Assembly (NCBI GenBank): GCA_044225365.1
Contig: JBGAIQ010000030.1
Coordinates: 1 to 61,242, forward strand
Direction: 5' to 3'
From: Planctomycetota bacterium
GTDB lineage: Bacteria > Planctomycetota > B15-G4 > JADJEK01
Length of the DNA stretch: 61,242 bases
Shown here: positions 57,107-61,242 of the stretch, in pieces
Numbering within the stretch: the first letter of the stretch is position 1
Layout of the letters: each line of letters starts with the position of its first letter
Notes under the pieces: generated by a model
Database searches by the model: none
Seen by the model: only the letters and a program-made list of their open reading frames with translations
What the model was told of the DNA's origin: nothing
Position numbers and translations under genes: made by a program

Positions 57107-60100
57107 ATGTCCATCGCGAGCAAGCTCTCGCCCGCAGCGCTCCTCATCCGCGGTTCGGTCGTCGCCCTCGCGCTTGGAGCGTTCGACTCCGCCGCGATCT
57201 CGCTCGCGCGCACCGATGCCTCGCAAGTCGACGCGACGCTGTTGTTCAATCAGAAGTTCCTCGGCCTCATCTCGACGGCCGCCGACGAAGACGTCGTGCA
57301 GTTCACCGAGGTCGTCGGTTCGAAGCTCACGGCCACGATGCAGCGGGATGGTTCGAACAACCTGAAGCCGAACATCGAGCTGCTCGACTCCAACTTCCAA
57401 GTCGTCAGCACGGTGGGGTTCAAGACGAACGGCCCGGACAAGTCGGAGATCAAGAACTTCGTGATCCCGGCGAACGGGACCTACTACTTGAGCATGACGA
57501 GCGGCAATGGTTTCACGGGCACCTACAAGCTCGCTCTCAAGGGCAAGCCCGTGAAGGTCCCGAACATTCCCGCGGGCTCGATCGCAGCGGCGGGGGAGGT
57601 CGACACCCTCGGCTTCAGCGCGCGCGCGGGCAGCAAGCTCGCGGGCACGATCTCGCGCACGAGCGGCAATCTCACTCCGCTCGTCATCGAACTCGTCTCG
57701 CCGACGGGCGTCCTCGTTCCTGTTACCGGCAACAATCAGATCAAGACCAACGGCGCCGGCACGATCGTGACGCTGTCGAACATCGGCCTTCCCGCGCTCG
57801 GCGACTATCAGTTGCGCATCACGGGACAAGGTGGTTCGACGGGCGGTTACAACGCGGATCTCAAGATCACGCCGCCCAAGGTCGCGACCGATTCGATCTT
57901 CGAAGGCGAGCATCCGAACCCGCAGGTCGACAATTCGCCGACCGTGACCCTGAAAGAAATCTACTTCGGCCGCGGACTGCGCGGTGACGACGGCTCGTCG
58001 ATGAAGGTCGTGAGTCCGTTCACGACGGTGCTGACCGATCCGGTGTCCGATCTCCCGGTGAAGGGATCGCTGCAGTCGATCTTCGCGGGCTTCGACGTCA
58101 ACACGCCGGTGTCGTTCGATCTCGACACCTTCTATTCGCCGATGATCGTGCCACGAAACGCGGTACTGCTCCTGCGATTCAACCGCCCGCTCAGCAAGGA
58201 CTCGCTGCGGCTCGATGCGAGCGACCTGCTCACGACCGACAGTCCGCTGAAGGTCACCATCGCGGGTCAGGAGACTCCGTTCGAGGCGATTCTCCAGGGA
58301 ACCGATCTGCTGTTGAATCCGGTGTACGGCGACAACGTGGGCATGCCGGCGAGTCCCGTGGTCGTCGACGGTGTCGGGAACCCGGTCGCCTCGTCGACGG
58401 GATCGGCAACGATCTCGATCATGACGGGCGTGAACGGATTGAAGGCGGTCGACGGCGGGATCTACAAGCCGCGAACCGATCTCCTCGGGTCGCCGGATTC
58501 CGGCGGTCAGCCGATCGGCTTCAATCCCGGCAACCAGGTCCTCGACTTCTTCAAGCAGTCGAGCGTGGGCGGCGCGACCAAGACGTACACCGGCTTCCTC
58601 CCCGACGAAGCGGCGCCGCGTATCGTGCGTGAGAAGAAGGTCATCGGCAACTACACGCCGAACTTCCTCGATCCGTCGCTCGGCGACTCCCAGGGCACGA
58701 CGAGCTTCTCGATCGTGACGAACTACCAACTCGACGTGACTCAGAACGGGAACAAGGGTGAGTACGCGGGTGGCGTTCTCCGGTTGCGACCGAAGGGGCC
58801 GAACCGCGAAGAGCACGTCATCACGCAGCACACGATGACGAACCTGGGCGGAGGTCTCTTCCGCCACGACATCTCGCTCGCGAGCAAGCTCCTGATCCCG
58901 GCCAAGGCACCGACGCAGAGCGATCCGGGCGATGCCTATGAACTCGTTCGCGCCGAGTACTACGAGCCCGATCCGGAGCATCCGATCGATCCGCTCCTAT
59001 TCAACCCGAACGATCCCGACCTCGGCGAGAACACCAAGATCGAGAACTTCGTGGAAGCGATCGACCGCAATGGCGTGACGCAGGATCTCACGCAGGCGAT
59101 CGACCCGAAATCGACGCTCACGATGCGATTCTCGGAGCCGATGCTGCTCGAGTCGTTCCGTCCCTACGAGTCGTACTTCGTTTCGGACGACCCGCCGCCG
59201 TCGAACTTCGGCCTGAACCATCTCGGTCGAGCGGTCTCGAGTGAACGCGGCAAGGCGATCACCTTCCAGCCCTATCGCGAGATCCAGTTCGGCGCGAACG
59301 CGGGCACGTTCGAGAACGTCGGCTTCGGTCCCAATGCGTCGGCGCTCCAGATCCACCTGATCACGGTACCGTCGAGCTCGGTGCTCATCAGTCTGCTCGG
59401 TCAGCAAGGCTACGCGGATTTCGTCCGCGAAGGCCATCGGGGCGCGACGGACCTCGGCGGTCAGCCGCTCGCTTTCCCGCTCGGTATGGTGTCACCGAGC
59501 CAGCCTTTCCTCGACTATGCGATCTCGTTCACGACCAACGCCGATCCCTCGATCGACGAGACGGGCGCGATCGTTCATCGATTCCTCGGCCAGCCCCTCA
59601 CGGGTTCGGATGACAATGGCGACACGGGCGTCTCCTACAAGGACATGCCGGAGTCGTTGTGTGGGCCGCTCGGCAATCTCTACGGCCCGCGGATCGCGGA
59701 CCTCAACCTGTTCACCAACGGGTTCCTCTCTGGAGCGCCGGTATCCTTCTTCCAGAAGGTCCACGACGACTTCAATCTGCCTCCGCAGGGTCAGATGAAC
59801 GCCTTCCCGTTCGGCCTCGGTACGCCGATCGGTGGCTTCGCGGTGCTCGGCGGCAGCAAGCTGCAGCACGTCTACCGCTGCGTCGACTGCTCTCCGGACT
59901 TCGAGTCGCTCGCCGGCACCAAGCTCGACCTCTATCGCGTCGACTTCGCGCCGCTCACGGGAATCGTCCAGAACACGATCCTCCCCGACGTCTCGATCCA
60001 CGCGGGCCACACGGCCTCGGTGCCGGACACCGATCAGGACTCCGGCATCCCGAACTTCCCGAACTCGGGTCTCAACGGAGCGACGACGGCGACGCAGTGG

Positions 60101-61201
60101 CCGTTCGGCGGCAACTTCACGACGCTCGGCGATCCGAACTCGCCGCTCGTCCGTGGTAGCTACAACGCCACGCTCGCCGCGACCGGCGAGACACTGAATC
60201 GCCAATCGGTGTACGGCTCGTTGAAGCCGGGAGCGGTTGCCGACCTCTACCAGGGCAAGCCGGTGCCGATCGACGCCAAGAACCTCTACAATCCCGCGGG
60301 CTCGATCAGCCGTTTCTATCACCCGCTCCCCGTCGGTGGTTTCGACAACCCGTTCCCGTACAACAACGGCGCGCTCGACGTGCTCACCTATCCCGCCGGT
60401 GTCACGTTCGGAACCGTGTTCAAGAATCGCAACGAGAGCCTCGTGCTCGAGTATCGAGTTCGCGTCGTCGATCCCGCGAATCCCCCGGGCCAGACCAACT
60501 CGTTCACGTTCGCGGTCGGAATCCTCAGCTCGGCTCTCCCGCGGTTCCGCATCTTCACGTTCGGCGCCGGCTGCTCGTCGTGCTGGAACGGCTCCAACTG
60601 TACTGCGATCAATGGTCCGCCGATGACCGGCCTCGCGAATGGTGGCGGTCCGCCGCTCGATCCCGACAAGGTCGTGAACGCGATCGGTCCGGACGTGTCG
60701 TACCCGGGCCTCGCGTGTCTCTGCTACTCGCCGCCGACGAATTCGATTCCCTGCAACCAAGGGTTCACGAATCAGTCGATCACGAATCCGAACGCGGCGC
60801 AGATCGCGCAGGGCCAAGGCGCGTACAACGGCAACAACAACTTCGGCGACAACTCGCGCTACTTCATGGTCTTCAACTATGTGAAGCGGGAGTCCCTCGT
60901 GCGCTCGCCGTTCGTTCGGGTGCAGCCGACTTCCGTCGTCGACCCGACCTATCTCGAACCGATCTTCACGCCGCCGCTCTCGCAGTTGCCGGTCGGTACG
61001 AAGTTCGACGTGAAGTTCCGTGCGTCGACGAACGGCCAGGGCACGTTCGACGCGACGAACTATGTGACGCCCGATCAGATCGCCGTGCTGAACGGCGCCG
61101 GTCGTCCGTTCCTCCAGTTCGAGGCCGTCGTCGACGGCAACACCAGCACGCAGATCGTTCCTGCGTTCGATGAGATCGTGATTCCGTTCCGTAAGAACTG
61201 A
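57107..61201 (+). CDS. Large secreted beta-rich hypothetical protein (1364 aa), paralog 2
   Basis: Colinear with 52719-56813; signal peptide SLA-R; same C-terminus ..IVIPFRKN. Confidence 0.88.
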   Translation: MSIASKLSPAALLIRGSVVALALGAFDSAAISLARTDASQVDATLLFNQKFLGLISTAADEDVVQFTEVVGSKLTATMQRDGSNNLKPNIELLDSNFQVVSTVGFKTNGPDKSEIKNFVIPANGTYYLSMTSGNGFTGTYKLALKGKPVKVPNIPAGSIAAAGEVDTLGFSARAGSKLAGTISRTSGNLTPLVIELVSPTGVLVPVTGNNQIKTNGAGTIVTLSNIGLPALGDYQLRITGQGGSTGGYNADLKITPPKVATDSIFEGEHPNPQVDNSPTVTLKEIYFGRGLRGDDGSSMKVVSPFTTVLTDPVSDLPVKGSLQSIFAGFDVNTPVSFDLDTFYSPMIVPRNAVLLLRFNRPLSKDSLRLDASDLLTTDSPLKVTIAGQETPFEAILQGTDLLLNPVYGDNVGMPASPVVVDGVGNPVASSTGSATISIMTGVNGLKAVDGGIYKPRTDLLGSPDSGGQPIGFNPGNQVLDFFKQSSVGGATKTYTGFLPDEAAPRIVREKKVIGNYTPNFLDPSLGDSQGTTSFSIVTNYQLDVTQNGNKGEYAGGVLRLRPKGPNREEHVITQHTMTNLGGGLFRHDISLASKLLIPAKAPTQSDPGDAYELVRAEYYEPDPEHPIDPLLFNPNDPDLGENTKIENFVEAIDRNGVTQDLTQAIDPKSTLTMRFSEPMLLESFRPYESYFVSDDPPPSNFGLNHLGRAVSSERGKAITFQPYREIQFGANAGTFENVGFGPNASALQIHLITVPSSSVLISLLGQQGYADFVREGHRGATDLGGQPLAFPLGMVSPSQPFLDYAISFTTNADPSIDETGAIVHRFLGQPLTGSDDNGDTGVSYKDMPESLCGPLGNLYGPRIADLNLFTNGFLSGAPVSFFQKVHDDFNLPPQGQMNAFPFGLGTPIGGFAVLGGSKLQHVYRCVDCSPDFESLAGTKLDLYRVDFAPLTGIVQNTILPDVSIHAGHTASVPDTDQDSGIPNFPNSGLNGATTATQWPFGGNFTTLGDPNSPLVRGSYNATLAATGETLNRQSVYGSLKPGAVADLYQGKPVPIDAKNLYNPAGSISRFYHPLPVGGFDNPFPYNNGALDVLTYPAGVTFGTVFKNRNESLVLEYRVRVVDPANPPGQTNSFTFAVGILSSALPRFRIFTFGAGCSSCWNGSNCTAINGPPMTGLANGGGPPLDPDKVVNAIGPDVSYPGLACLCYSPPTNSIPCNQGFTNQSITNPNAAQIAQGQGAYNGNNNFGDNSRYFMVFNYVKRESLVRSPFVRVQPTSVVDPTYLEPIFTPPLSQLPVGTKFDVKFRASTNGQGTFDATNYVTPDQIAVLNGAGRPFLQFEAVVDGNTSTQIVPAFDEIVIPFRKN

Positions 61202-61242
61202 CCGGATCGGATCGATCGTTCGAGGGCGGCCGGCGCCGGGAT

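Noticed and set aside
52719-61201. Assembly duplication, or a diversity-generating retroelement template/target pair
   Set aside because: Differences are spread along the whole length, include many synonymous changes and do not look adenine-specific; no reverse transcriptase is in the window.

Overview
GC-rich chromosomal window, most likely from a member of Planctomycetota (it has a DUF1549/DUF1553 planctomycete cytochrome protein next to DUF1501, and many FG-GAP and beta-propeller secreted proteins). From left to right: a tRNA(CAU) followed by a variable patch (FG-GAP protein, MITE-like element, small membrane proteins); GntR plus an M1 peptidase; a LytS/LytTR pair; four secreted proteins that appear to share a C-terminal domain; ArsR-SRPBCC-DUF4287; an AhpD/CMD gene with an in-frame UGA (CxxU) and a SECIS-like hairpin, coupled to an ECF41 sigma factor; a multi-PAS hybrid kinase; two FHA proteins; a degenerate/intact M14 peptidase pair; an HPF/RaiA-sigma fusion; a candidate structured RNA carrying a very strong SD and a 12-codon ORF; a sulfatase-fold protein; the core block purA-uppS-cdsA-phoH-ybeY; and two colinear 1364-aa secreted paralogs. 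All family calls come from motif recognition by eye, and no database search was run.
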